Part shown: piece after piece, positions 39,668 through 48,701 of the stretch
How the letters are laid out: the number at the start of each line of letters is the position of its first letter
How positions within the stretch are numbered: position 1 is the first letter of the stretch
Assembly: GCA_963823335.1 (NCBI GenBank)
Contig: CAWGLD010000007.1
Coordinates: 224,001 to 288,000, forward strand
Length of the DNA: 64,000 bases
Source of the DNA: an uncultured delta proteobacterium
GTDB lineage: Bacteria; Desulfobacterota; Desulfobacteria; Desulfobacterales; B30-G6
Direction of reading: 5' to 3'
Translations under genes and position numbers: made by a program
The notes under the pieces: model-generated
The model's database searches: none
The model's input: the letters and a program-made list of their open reading frames with translations, nothing else
Told to the model about the DNA's origin: nothing

Positions 39668-39827
39668 TACTTGGAACCGGTTAGCACCTTAAGTTAACGA
39701 CATTGGTTTTCCGCTTGATATATTGACAAACATGCCGGTTTCAACATAAAGATACCATCATAAATTTTCATGCGCCACCGCACCCAACGAAGCGTGAAAA
39801 AAAAGAGTGATAAAGGACATGACCGAC

Positions 39828-41129
39828 ATGAAAACCTACACCTACCCGTCCCCGGCAGCGGAAAAAAGACTAGCAGCAATCGAAAACAGGACCATCGGGT
39901 TCAAAAAAAAAGATATCAGCGCGGTCAACCGCATCATCGAAAATATCAGAAAAAACGGGGATGCCGCTCTGGTGGGTTACACCCATCAATTCGATTCCAC
40001 GGCTGTGACAACGTCCTCCATCCAGGTAAGCCCACAGGAAATAGAGGCTGCCCAAAAAAATATTGATGCATCCTTTTTAAAGGCCCTCAATCGCGCGACA
40101 AGACAGATCAAGGTCTTCCATAGTAAACAACTTCAAAAATCATGGATCAGCACGGACCGCGAGGGTGTTCTTCTGGGACAACTGATCAACCCCGTAGGTG
40201 CTGCGGGTATTTATGTGCCCGGTGGCAGGGAAGGCAAAACACCCCTTGTTTCGACGGTGTTGATGTGCGCCATCCCCGCGGTACTGGCAGGCGTGAGTAG
40301 AATATCCATGCTGACCCCGCCCATGAAAAATGGTGCCGTCAACCCGCACCTGCTGGTTGCCGCAAAAAAGGCCGGTGTAAAGGATATTTACAAGGCGGGC
40401 AGTGCTTGGGCCATTGCCGCTCTGGCCTATGGTACCGAAACAATACCCAGGGCCGACGTCATCGTCGGTCCCGGCAATATCTACGTAACCCTGGCAAAGA
40501 AACTGGTCTCGGGAGATGTGGGCATCGATATGCTGGCAGGTCCCAGCGAAATCCTGATCGTGGCCGATGACAGCGCAGTGCCGGCCTACATCGCCGCAGA
40601 CCTTTTGTCACAGGCAGAACACGATCCATTGTCATCTTCGATCCTGGTGACGACATCTTCAGATATCGCCAGGCACGTCACCATGGCGCTGGAAGAACAG
40701 TTGAAACCCCTGAAGAGGAAAAACATTGCTGTGGCAGCGCTCGAAAAATTCGGGGCCATCCTGGTAGTCCCGGACATCTCCGTGGCTATAAGTATTGCCA
40801 ACCGGGTTGCCCCTGAGCACCTCGAACTGCAAATCAGAGACCCGTTCAGCATCATCGGAAACATCCGTCATGCCGGGGCTGTTTTTGTTGGAAACCATAC
40901 ACCGGAACCCGTGGGCGACTATATTGCCGGGCCAAATCACGTACTCCCCACAGCCGGAACTGCACGTTATGCGTCAGCCCTTTCCGTCGACCATTTTGTC
41001 AAGAAGACCAGTCTCATCCACTACACCGAAGCGCCTTTTAAAAAAGAGGCCCGAGACATCATGCGTCTGGCGGAGGTGGAAGGACTCGATGCGCACGTCA
41101 ATTCGGTGGGAATTAGGCTAGTAGACTGA
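39828..41129 (+). CDS. hisD: histidinol dehydrogenase
   Basis: YVPGG, GPGNIYV, IDM.AGPSE, DLLSQAEHD, APEHLE, GDY.AGPNHVLPT, E.L.AH. Confidence 0.96.
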   Translation: MKTYTYPSPAAEKRLAAIENRTIGFKKKDISAVNRIIENIRKNGDAALVGYTHQFDSTAVTTSSIQVSPQEIEAAQKNIDASFLKALNRATRQIKVFHSKQLQKSWISTDREGVLLGQLINPVGAAGIYVPGGREGKTPLVSTVLMCAIPAVLAGVSRISMLTPPMKNGAVNPHLLVAAKKAGVKDIYKAGSAWAIAALAYGTETIPRADVIVGPGNIYVTLAKKLVSGDVGIDMLAGPSEILIVADDSAVPAYIAADLLSQAEHDPLSSSILVTTSSDIARHVTMALEEQLKPLKRKNIAVAALEKFGAILVVPDISVAISIANRVAPEHLELQIRDPFSIIGNIRHAGAVFVGNHTPEPVGDYIAGPNHVLPTAGTARYASALSVDHFVKKTSLIHYTEAPFKKEARDIMRLAEVEGLDAHVNSVGIRLVD

Positions 41130-41250
41130 TAGGCTGTAGACTATTAGGTTGCTAAATGCTATCGGCTGTGGGCTGTTAGACTGTAGGATAAAAGCCTGTG
41201 AAACTGTGCAACGCCTAACAGCCTAACAGTCTACAGCCTAAACAACCTAA
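41116..41250. repeat. inverted arrays of 7-8-bp units (AGGCTGT / ACAGCCT) between convergent genes
   Basis: aggctgtagactattagg... facing ...cctaacagcctaacagtctacagcct. Confidence 0.65.
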
Positions 41251-41262
41251 GTCGCTGCAAAG

Positions 41263-43215
41263 CTACACCGCTACAACCGCTACCCGGTAACACCTCAGAC
41301 AGCGTTTGGCTTCGGCGATGGCTTCGGGTGTTGAATAACCCTTTTCCACCTCATCAAAGCTTGTCTTACGTGTTTCCGGCGGCAACATCTCAAGGTGCTT
41401 CCTGCTCGCCTTGCCGATGCCACCAAGCACTTCTTCCCGGTCGTACACCTTAACATCCTTGTAAAACCGGTGAAAACAGTCTTCGCGGGTATATTCCAGG
41501 GGCCGACCATTGATAAGGTGGTCGATGCTCTGGGCGGCTTTCCGGCCGCCTGCGCAGGCTGTTATCAACGCACCCGGTCCGGTCTCACAATCCCCGGCAG
41601 AAAAAAACTTGGGCCGGGATGTCTGTTTGGTGACATCATCCACAATAAGGGTCTTCCAGGCTGTTGTCTCTATCCCCTCCATTCCTTCCAGAAGAGACAG
41701 ATCCACGCGCTGACCAATGGCCGGCACTACCGTATCACAATCGAATCTAAATTCGGACCCCTCGATGGGAACCGGTCTCCTGCGGCCACTCTTGTCGGGT
41801 TCGCCCAGTTTCAAGCGGATGCATTCGAGTCCGACCACCCGTCCATCCTCGGCAATAACACGGACCGGCGTGGTCAAAAAGTGGAATTCAACCTTCTCTT
41901 CTTCGGCATCCCTGATTTCCACCTCATCGGCCGGCATCTCGTTGCGGGTTCTGCGGTAGACCAGGTTAACATCCTCCTTCTTGACCCTGAAGGAGCTTCG
42001 CACACAGTCAATGGCAACATTTCCGCCGCCGATCACGACAACTCTGCGCCCTTCAGGATAGGGATCCCGTCCTTGGTTGATGTCCAGGAGATATTTGACA
42101 CCCGGAATGAACCCTTTGTACCCTTTTTCTTCCCCCTCGACTCGCATGGACGTGTTGTCCTGTGCCCCTATTCCGATAAATACCGCATCGAAATCATTTT
42201 CCAGCTGCTCAAGGGTGATGTCCTTTCCCACGGTGGTGTTGTAGTGAATGGTAACCCCCAAATTCTGAATCTGCTGGACCTCCCGGCGAAGAATAGCCCG
42301 GGGAAGCCGGTAGTCGGGTATACCCACTGCCGACATACCACCGGGCTCAGACAGGTGTTCATATATGGTGACGGCATGCCCCTTCAGGGCAAGATGATAG
42401 GCACAGGTAACACCTGCCGGTCCGGCACCGACAATGGCAACCTTGCCTGTCTTGGAAGACGGGACAATCCCATAGGCGGGTCCCTTATGTTTGGCCAGTT
42501 CCTGATCCGCCACAAATCGTTTAAGGTATTTTATGGACACAGCCTCGTCCAGGTTGGCTCTGCGGCAATTTTCCTCGCATGGACGCACACAGACACGCCC
42601 GACGATTCCCGGGATGGGCAGACGTGCACGAATGACATCCAGCGAATCCTGAAACCGGCCTTCCTTGATGCATTCGACATAGCGGGGAATGTCCAGATGA
42701 ATGGGACAGGCTTCCATACACGGTGCCGTGACGCTGGCATGATACTGTCCGGACGTTATGGCTTTCTTTTCGTCAACCAGTTTTGCAAACTGCTCCGGGA
42801 AATGGGTCAATGCATCCAAAATCGGCAGAGGGCCGGTCTTCCCGATACCACACTTGGCTGTGCAATGAACCGTCTCGGCAATGTCTTTCAGATAAACGAT
42901 GTCTGATGGCCTTCCCTGGCCGTTGCAGATCGTCTCCAGTGTTTTTGCCATGACGGTCGTTCCGGACTGGCACGGGATACACTTTCCACAGGACTGATTC
43001 CGGACAGCCTCCATGTAAACCCGGCAGAGGTCCACCACATGCACATCTTCTGAACGAAGAACAAAACCATCCCAACCCATAAAGGCCTTGATTGGTCCTG
43101 TTTCATTCAGTTTTTCAGGCCATCGAATTTCTTGGTGTGCTTTGGAATCCGTTTTTGAGCCGTCACGATTATCGACGACCTGGCCTTCCCAGGAACTGAA
43201 TATGACATCTTTCAT
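41263..43215 (-). CDS. FAD/Fe-S oxidoreductase (NuoF-type 4Fe-4S domain plus GltD/NfnB-like module)
   Basis: SCGKCIPC..GT, PC..ACP, GRVC..PCE..C, GAGPAG, GGGNVAIDC, C-terminal EA.RCL.C. Confidence 0.88.
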   Translation of the reverse strand: MKDVIFSSWEGQVVDNRDGSKTDSKAHQEIRWPEKLNETGPIKAFMGWDGFVLRSEDVHVVDLCRVYMEAVRNQSCGKCIPCQSGTTVMAKTLETICNGQGRPSDIVYLKDIAETVHCTAKCGIGKTGPLPILDALTHFPEQFAKLVDEKKAITSGQYHASVTAPCMEACPIHLDIPRYVECIKEGRFQDSLDVIRARLPIPGIVGRVCVRPCEENCRRANLDEAVSIKYLKRFVADQELAKHKGPAYGIVPSSKTGKVAIVGAGPAGVTCAYHLALKGHAVTIYEHLSEPGGMSAVGIPDYRLPRAILRREVQQIQNLGVTIHYNTTVGKDITLEQLENDFDAVFIGIGAQDNTSMRVEGEEKGYKGFIPGVKYLLDINQGRDPYPEGRRVVVIGGGNVAIDCVRSSFRVKKEDVNLVYRRTRNEMPADEVEIRDAEEEKVEFHFLTTPVRVIAEDGRVVGLECIRLKLGEPDKSGRRRPVPIEGSEFRFDCDTVVPAIGQRVDLSLLEGMEGIETTAWKTLIVDDVTKQTSRPKFFSAGDCETGPGALITACAGGRKAAQSIDHLINGRPLEYTREDCFHRFYKDVKVYDREEVLGGIGKASRKHLEMLPPETRKTSFDEVEKGYSTPEAIAEAKRCLRCYRVAVVAV

Positions 43216-43404
43216 GAATATCCATCCAAGTTTAAAAGGTTAACAATTCTGGTTCGATTCCGTATTAGCTGTAAGCTTTAAGCGGTAAGCAGCTTATTGC
43301 TTAAAGCCTAACGCTTACAGCTATCTCTTCACGAATGCCCATAAAATTCGATTTGCACAATAATGTCAAGCATCTTGACATGGAAATTTTCTGAAATCTG
43401 CATA

Positions 43405-43552
43405 TTAGAAGGTCTCTCAAAAACAGGATTTTGGTTCAAGTTCAAGGCGGCTGAGCAATTCAAACCGCAGGAATACTATGGTATTTTGAGGAGTTGAATT
43501 GCTCAGCCAACACAGAAATTGGGCCAAAAGACATTGTTGAGATGACGTCTAA
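43405..43552. mobile_element. MITE-like element (copy 2, inverted), overlapping the purH-C stop codon
   Basis: Shares ttggYtcaagttcaaggcgg and ccaacacagaaattgggccaaaa with 30573-30746; ttaga..tctaa ends. Confidence 0.7.
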
Positions 43553-44799
43553 TGTTTGAAACTTCGTTGGCCCGTATACACCATGGTCACGCCGGCGGCA
43601 TTGCATGCTTCGATGGACTGATAATCATTGGTTGAACCACCGGGTTGGATCACCGCAGAAACACCCTCCCGAATACCCACGTCAATCCCATCTCGAAAAG
43701 GAAAGAACGCGTCACTCACCATCGCAGATCCCATCAGACCACCCTTTTCTCTTGACACGCGCTGGTCGATTTCAGACAGCGCTGCAGCATCTTTCATGTC
43801 GTTGTAGGACGTCTTGAATGTCTCAAAACAGTATCGATCCGCCAGTTTCCGATAGGCTTTATCCCGTGCGATCTCGGCAACACCCACCCTGTCCTGCTCA
43901 CCTGTTCCGATTCCGACGGTAACCAGATCCTTGACATAGATCACCGAGTTGGAAGTGATACCGGATTCCACCAACCAGCCGAAAAGCAGGTCCTGGTATT
44001 CCTTTTCCGTGGGCATCCGATGGATTTTGTAGGTTTGTCCCTGATAGGTACATTCCGCCGGTATCAGATCCTCTTTTGAACGTGCCGCGGGAACAAAAGA
44101 CCATTGGGCGATAAAACCACCATCGATGAGGCTTTTGAACTCAACGCAGCGCTTGCCCACAAAATTTTGAAGTCTGTTGATATTGTCGATCCGGATGACC
44201 CGCAGATTTTTCTTCAGAGAAAATATCTCCATGACACCTTCTTCGAACTCCGGGGCCACGACGACTTCTGAATACTGGTTGGAAATGGCTTCTGCCGTGG
44301 CTTTGTCCACAGGTCGATTGAGAGCGATACAACCGCCGAATGCCGCTACCCGGTCCGCCATATTGGCCTTGATGTAAGCTTCGGCCAGGGTGTCCGCCTG
44401 GGCAACACCGCACGGATTGTTGTGTTTGACAATCACGACCGTTGGCTTGTCCACAAAATAGCGCAGAATATTCAGTGAATTGTCGGCATCCGTGAGGTTT
44501 GTTTTCCCGGGGTGTTTACCCGATTGGAGCAGTTCGACATCTGAAGCAAGATACTGACCCGGCTGGATGGTTTCCGTTTCACCCAGCATGAGATTACCAT
44601 TCACCAGTTTGAAAAGTGCAGCTTCCTGACCTGGGTTTTCTCCATACCGCAAACCTTTTTGAACCCCATCGATCACCCAGGTGACCTTTTCATAAAACAG
44701 GGTCTGACGTTTATCCTTGTCGACAAAGCTTATTTCCATGTTGGCAGGAAAGCTGTCCTCGACGATGGTACTGTACATTTTTTTCAAATCTTCAGACAT
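43549..44799 (-). CDS. purH: AICAR transformylase (stand-alone PurH C-terminal domain)
   Basis: LRYGENP.Q.A, KHNNPCG, AFGG, SN, G.G...RV, SDAFFPFRDG, QPGGS, R.FKH. Confidence 0.9.
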   Translation of the reverse strand: MSEDLKKMYSTIVEDSFPANMEISFVDKDKRQTLFYEKVTWVIDGVQKGLRYGENPGQEAALFKLVNGNLMLGETETIQPGQYLASDVELLQSGKHPGKTNLTDADNSLNILRYFVDKPTVVIVKHNNPCGVAQADTLAEAYIKANMADRVAAFGGCIALNRPVDKATAEAISNQYSEVVVAPEFEEGVMEIFSLKKNLRVIRIDNINRLQNFVGKRCVEFKSLIDGGFIAQWSFVPAARSKEDLIPAECTYQGQTYKIHRMPTEKEYQDLLFGWLVESGITSNSVIYVKDLVTVGIGTGEQDRVGVAEIARDKAYRKLADRYCFETFKTSYNDMKDAAALSEIDQRVSREKGGLMGSAMVSDAFFPFRDGIDVGIREGVSAVIQPGGSTNDYQSIEACNAAGVTMVYTGQRSFKH

Positions 44800-45018
44800 G
44801 GCTGGCTCCTTTTGACGCGATATGGGAATAAAATTACAGAGACATCTCTTAAACTTCCAGTTTTCCCAAAAATGGGAGCAAGGGTCCAAGGGTTCGGGGG
44901 TAGCTGACGGCCATAAGCTGATAGCTACCCTCGAACCCTTGTATCACCCTCGGACCCTCGAACCCTTCATTTGGATCAACCCATTCGGCATGAGTCTTCT
45001 ATTATTCATACGCCGTAC

Positions 45019-45696
45019 CTATATCTCATAGCAACCCTCGACTTCCCCCTGACTCTTGGATGCCAGAAAGTCCGCAATGGTACGATCATAAACCGCCGTA
45101 TGTTCAAAGGCCTTCCGGGCGAGTCGGAAACGAAGGCCCAATGATGTAACGCCGGCGTTTTTCTCCATCTCCGCGATAACCATATCATAATCCCCCGGAT
45201 CAACGACCGATGCTACCCGGATAAAATTTTTTGCCGAAGCCCTGATCATACACGGTCCACCAATATCGATATTTCCTCGAGCCTGTTCCGGGGTCACATC
45301 TTCCCGTGAAATGGTTTCCTTGAACGGGTAGAGATTCACCACCACCATATCGATGGGCACACTGTTTGTCCTGGAGAGATCCCCCTTGTGAGCGTCATTG
45401 TAGGTCTCGGTCAGGAGCCCGAGGTATATTTTGAAATCCAGGGTCTTCACGAGCCCACCCTGGGTCTCGGGTTGGCCGGTGTATTCGGACACCTGTTTCA
45501 AACAGGCGGACGATTTCTCACCAAGGATCTCTGTGAGCCTCTGATAGGTTCCGCCGGTGGAAAAAAACTGAATCTCCGGGTTGATCTGTATCAGCCGGGG
45601 AACGAAAGTGTCCAGCCCCTGCTTGTCGGAAACGCTCAAAAGAACATGATTGATCTTAACGGCATCGTCGATTTTTTCTACGACATTGATTCCCAT
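45019..45696 (-). CDS. purH: IMP cyclohydrolase (stand-alone PurH N-terminal MGS-like domain)
   Basis: LLSVSDK, STGGT, TG.PE..GG.VKTL, VVVNLYPF, IDIGGP.M.RA.AKN. Confidence 0.9.
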   Translation of the reverse strand: MGINVVEKIDDAVKINHVLLSVSDKQGLDTFVPRLIQINPEIQFFSTGGTYQRLTEILGEKSSACLKQVSEYTGQPETQGGLVKTLDFKIYLGLLTETYNDAHKGDLSRTNSVPIDMVVVNLYPFKETISREDVTPEQARGNIDIGGPCMIRASAKNFIRVASVVDPGDYDMVIAEMEKNAGVTSLGLRFRLARKAFEHTAVYDRTIADFLASKSQGEVEGCYEI

Positions 45697-45717
45697 TGTC
45701 AGCCTACCTCCTCATTG

Positions 45718-45854
45718 ACACTTCGTGTGACATTTGCACTTCGTGCGTCATTTATCCTTCGGATGTCATTTGCCCTGCGGGCGATATTTGTCCTTCGGAC
45801 GACATTTGCGCTGTGCGCGTCATTTCGCCTGCGGCTGTCATTTGCCCTACGGGC
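45718..45854 (-). repeat. tandem 18-bp units, each an 11-nt mini-hairpin plus a 7-nt linker (8 units)
   Basis: e.g. gcac-ttc-gtgc, atcc-ttc-ggat, gccc-tgc-gggc, gtcc-ttc-ggac, separated by gWYattt. Confidence 0.85.
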
Positions 45855-46048
45855 GTAATTCATTGTCGCTGAAAGCTCATAGCTTACCTAAAATTTAAAA
45901 CATAAAACGATCTATATGACGCGTAGCAAATGACAATTGTTTCCCCTCCAAACCTTTGACCCTTTGTTTTTCCCCTCGAACCCTCCAACCCTCTGCCCCT
46001 TGGTTTTCCCCTCGGCCCCTCCAAACCTCCAACCCTCCAAACCTTCTT

Positions 46049-46699
46049 TTACCTCTCCCCCTCATGCTCGGACAGAAAGCGGTCGAAAAAAGAGACCATA
46101 TAAGCATCCCGATCCACTGCCAGACGTTTACCTTCATTCGTCAGAATTCGATCTTTGATTTTTGAAAGCTTCAGTCGATACTCGCGATACCCGGTATCTT
46201 CCTTGGAGTATGGTTGGGTATCCTCAATATCCTCATGCAAATTGTGAAGACGGGCTCCCACTTCACCGGCAAAAAGAAATGCCCTGCCAATACCCACCGC
46301 TCCGATGGCATCCAGTTTGTCTGCATCAAAAAGAACCCGTGCCTCGATGGTCCTGGGCGAACCATTCCCCCGGAAGCGGTGCGATCGAATACAATGTAAA
46401 ATATTTTCTTTCCTTTGTTCAGATAGGAGAAGCGGTTGAATCAGTGGTTCAGCCAGTTCCGCCCCCTTTTCCGCATGGCAGATTCTGCCGTTTGACGCAT
46501 CCTGATAACACCTGCCGATGTCGTGGAGACAGGCCGCGATAAGCAGCACATCCATGTCCGCCCTTTCTGCCTCGCCGATCCGCCGGCACAGACGAAACAC
46601 TCTGAGGGTATGTTCCCAGTCATGGCTCCCTTTGGCGGCCGCAAACATTCTTTCGGCAAGAATCTTGATTTTTTCCACAGATGATGGACCGTTCACCAT
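46049..46699 (-). CDS. HD-domain phosphohydrolase
   Basis: H..EH..RV, LHDIG, H...G, HRFR, DADKLDA.GA.GI.R. Confidence 0.9.
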   Translation of the reverse strand: MVNGPSSVEKIKILAERMFAAAKGSHDWEHTLRVFRLCRRIGEAERADMDVLLIAACLHDIGRCYQDASNGRICHAEKGAELAEPLIQPLLLSEQRKENILHCIRSHRFRGNGSPRTIEARVLFDADKLDAIGAVGIGRAFLFAGEVGARLHNLHEDIEDTQPYSKEDTGYREYRLKLSKIKDRILTNEGKRLAVDRDAYMVSFFDRFLSEHEGER

Positions 46700-46997
46700 T
46701 CCAGACACCCTGTTTGGCACAAAAGACTTTTTTGAAATAGGTTCTATCAATCCTGAGGAATTGTTGTCAAGCCACAAGAAGCATCGGCGATACCCGTTCC
46801 AATAGGGAGACAACAGCAGTTCAGGCCTGGCCCATGGACATGGATAGGGATGTCATTCAAATATCATCCACAATCCACCACTAAAAAAAATCTATTGCAA
46901 AATTATATTAACATTCGTAAATTATTATAAATAATTTATTTATATCTTAATTTTTTTACTTGACTTTCTACCAATAATATACTTTTATGCATCAAAA

Positions 46998-47022
46998 GTG
47001 GATAAATGTGGATGTTAATGGT
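46998..47022 (+). promoter_or_regulatory. putative MraZ-binding direct repeats
   Basis: GTGGA..GTGGA..ATGGT at about 10-bp spacing directly upstream of mraZ. Confidence 0.55.
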
Positions 47023-47027
47023 GATTT

Positions 47028-47474
47028 ATGTATCGCGGCAGTTCTTTTCATACCATCGATGTCAAGGGTCGTATCATTATTCCTAAACGCTTTCGGGATG
47101 TCATTTCCGACCGGGATGGTCACCGTCTAATGGTATCCCGCATGGACTTGAGCCTGGTGGTCTATGCCTTGAGGGAATGGGAAAAAATCGAAGCTAAAAT
47201 TCTTTCCTTGGCTGAGAAAAACGATAACATGCGCCGGTTCAGAAGGGTTTTTATCGGCGGTGCGTTTGAGTGTATCTGGGACAAACAGGATCGTATCCTT
47301 GTTCCGCCAACGCTGAGAGAATATGCCGGTCTTGACAAAGAAATCGTTCTGGTGGGTGTCCTGGACCATTTCGAGATATGGTCTCGGGAGAATTGGGACA
47401 AGGAGAATGCAACCATGGAAAAAGACATGAAAAAAGAGGAGGTTCGAAACGAAATTGCCAAATTAGGAATTTGA
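47028..47474 (+). CDS. mraZ: division/cell wall cluster transcriptional repressor MraZ
   Basis: D.KGR..IP..FR, D.Q.RI..P..LR.YA.L, EIW; first gene of the dcw cluster. Confidence 0.95.
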   Translation: MYRGSSFHTIDVKGRIIIPKRFRDVISDRDGHRLMVSRMDLSLVVYALREWEKIEAKILSLAEKNDNMRRFRRVFIGGAFECIWDKQDRILVPPTLREYAGLDKEIVLVGVLDHFEIWSRENWDKENATMEKDMKKEEVRNEIAKLGI

Positions 47475-47478
47475 TCTC

Positions 47479-48417
47479 ATGCCCTATCGACACACGCCAG
47501 CGATGTTACCAGAAGTTGTTGAATTTCTGAATTGCCAACCAGGCAAAACGTATTTAGACGGCACACTCGGCGGCTCCGGCCACGCCTCGGCAATTCTGGA
47601 TCAAATTCATCCTGGTGGCTGTCTCGTCGGTATTGATCAAGATCTGGATGCAATCGAAAATGCCAAAACCGTGTTGCAGAATTCCAAAGTTGCAACGCAC
47701 CTCTTCCATGGAAACTATTCCCAATTCCCCGAATTTCTAGCGCAACTGAATATCCTGGCGGTGGATGGCATGCTGCTCGACCTGGGTGTCTCCTTTCACC
47801 AGCTGGAATCGAGCGGAAGAGGATTCAGCTTTAAACGTGAAGAACCCCTCGACATGCGTATGGATACCCGGTCAGGCACGCGTGCAGAAGCCTTGGTGAA
47901 CTCGCTGGACGAAAAAAAACTCGCCCATCTTTTCAAAACATATGGAGAAGAGCGCTGGGCCAGACAGATTGCCAGACAGATAGGAATTGCCCGGAAGAAA
48001 TCAACGATCTGTTCCAGTCTTCAACTGGCGAATATCGTTTCCGAGGCTGTTCCAAGAGCCAAATGGAAACCCGGGCGTCATCCTGCCACACAGGTTTTCA
48101 TGGCACTGAGAATCGCTGTAAACCATGAATTGGAGCGACTGACACAGTTCATGGAGATGTTTACAGAGTTTCTCAATCCCGGCGGGCGTGTCTGCATCCT
48201 GACGTTTCATTCCCTTGAGGACAGAATCGTCAAACACGGCTTCAAAACCTTGGAAAAGACCTGTACGTGTCCGCCTGATTTTCCAATATGCGTCTGTCAA
48301 AAAAAACGCCAGCTCCGCATTCTGGTAAAAAAGGGATTGCGACCGACCCCGGAAGAAATCTCGGCCAATCCCATGGCAAGAAGCACCACATTACGGGTTG
48401 CTGAAAAATTGTCATGA
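47479..48417 (+). CDS. rsmH: 16S rRNA m4C1402 methyltransferase
   Basis: D.TLG..GH, DLGVS..QL, RGFSF, PLDMRM, HPAT..F.ALRI.VN, FHSLEDR.VK. Confidence 0.96.
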   Translation: MPYRHTPAMLPEVVEFLNCQPGKTYLDGTLGGSGHASAILDQIHPGGCLVGIDQDLDAIENAKTVLQNSKVATHLFHGNYSQFPEFLAQLNILAVDGMLLDLGVSFHQLESSGRGFSFKREEPLDMRMDTRSGTRAEALVNSLDEKKLAHLFKTYGEERWARQIARQIGIARKKSTICSSLQLANIVSEAVPRAKWKPGRHPATQVFMALRIAVNHELERLTQFMEMFTEFLNPGGRVCILTFHSLEDRIVKHGFKTLEKTCTCPPDFPICVCQKKRQLRILVKKGLRPTPEEISANPMARSTTLRVAEKLS

Positions 48418-48701
48418 CGAACACAGGCAAACGCAAAGTCAAAGCAACGGGTATGTGGATGGTCGTGATGTTCATTTTTATCGTAGAACTTCTTTTCTAT
48501 ACCTGGTGTCGGGTTCAAAATGTACAGCATGGATATGAAATTTCCAGAGAAACCCACAACCAAAATCAATTGATAGCGTATCAAAACAACCTGAAAATTG
48601 AGCTTGCGCGTTTGAAATCTCCCGATCGCATCGCTCAAATCGCAAAACAGCAGCTGGGTTTGATCATGCCTACAACCGACAAGACGATCCTGATACCATG
48701 A
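48414..48701 (+). CDS. ftsL: cell division protein FtsL
   Basis: TM plus coiled coil, 'L.SP.RI..IA...LGL..P'; position between rsmH and ftsI. Confidence 0.85.
   Translation: MTNTGKRKVKATGMWMVVMFIFIVELLFYTWCRVQNVQHGYEISRETHNQNQLIAYQNNLKIELARLKSPDRIAQIAKQQLGLIMPTTDKTILIP

Noticed and set aside
41395-42906. 503-aa + strand ORF
   Set aside because: Antisense shadow of the oxidoreductase with no recognisable motifs.
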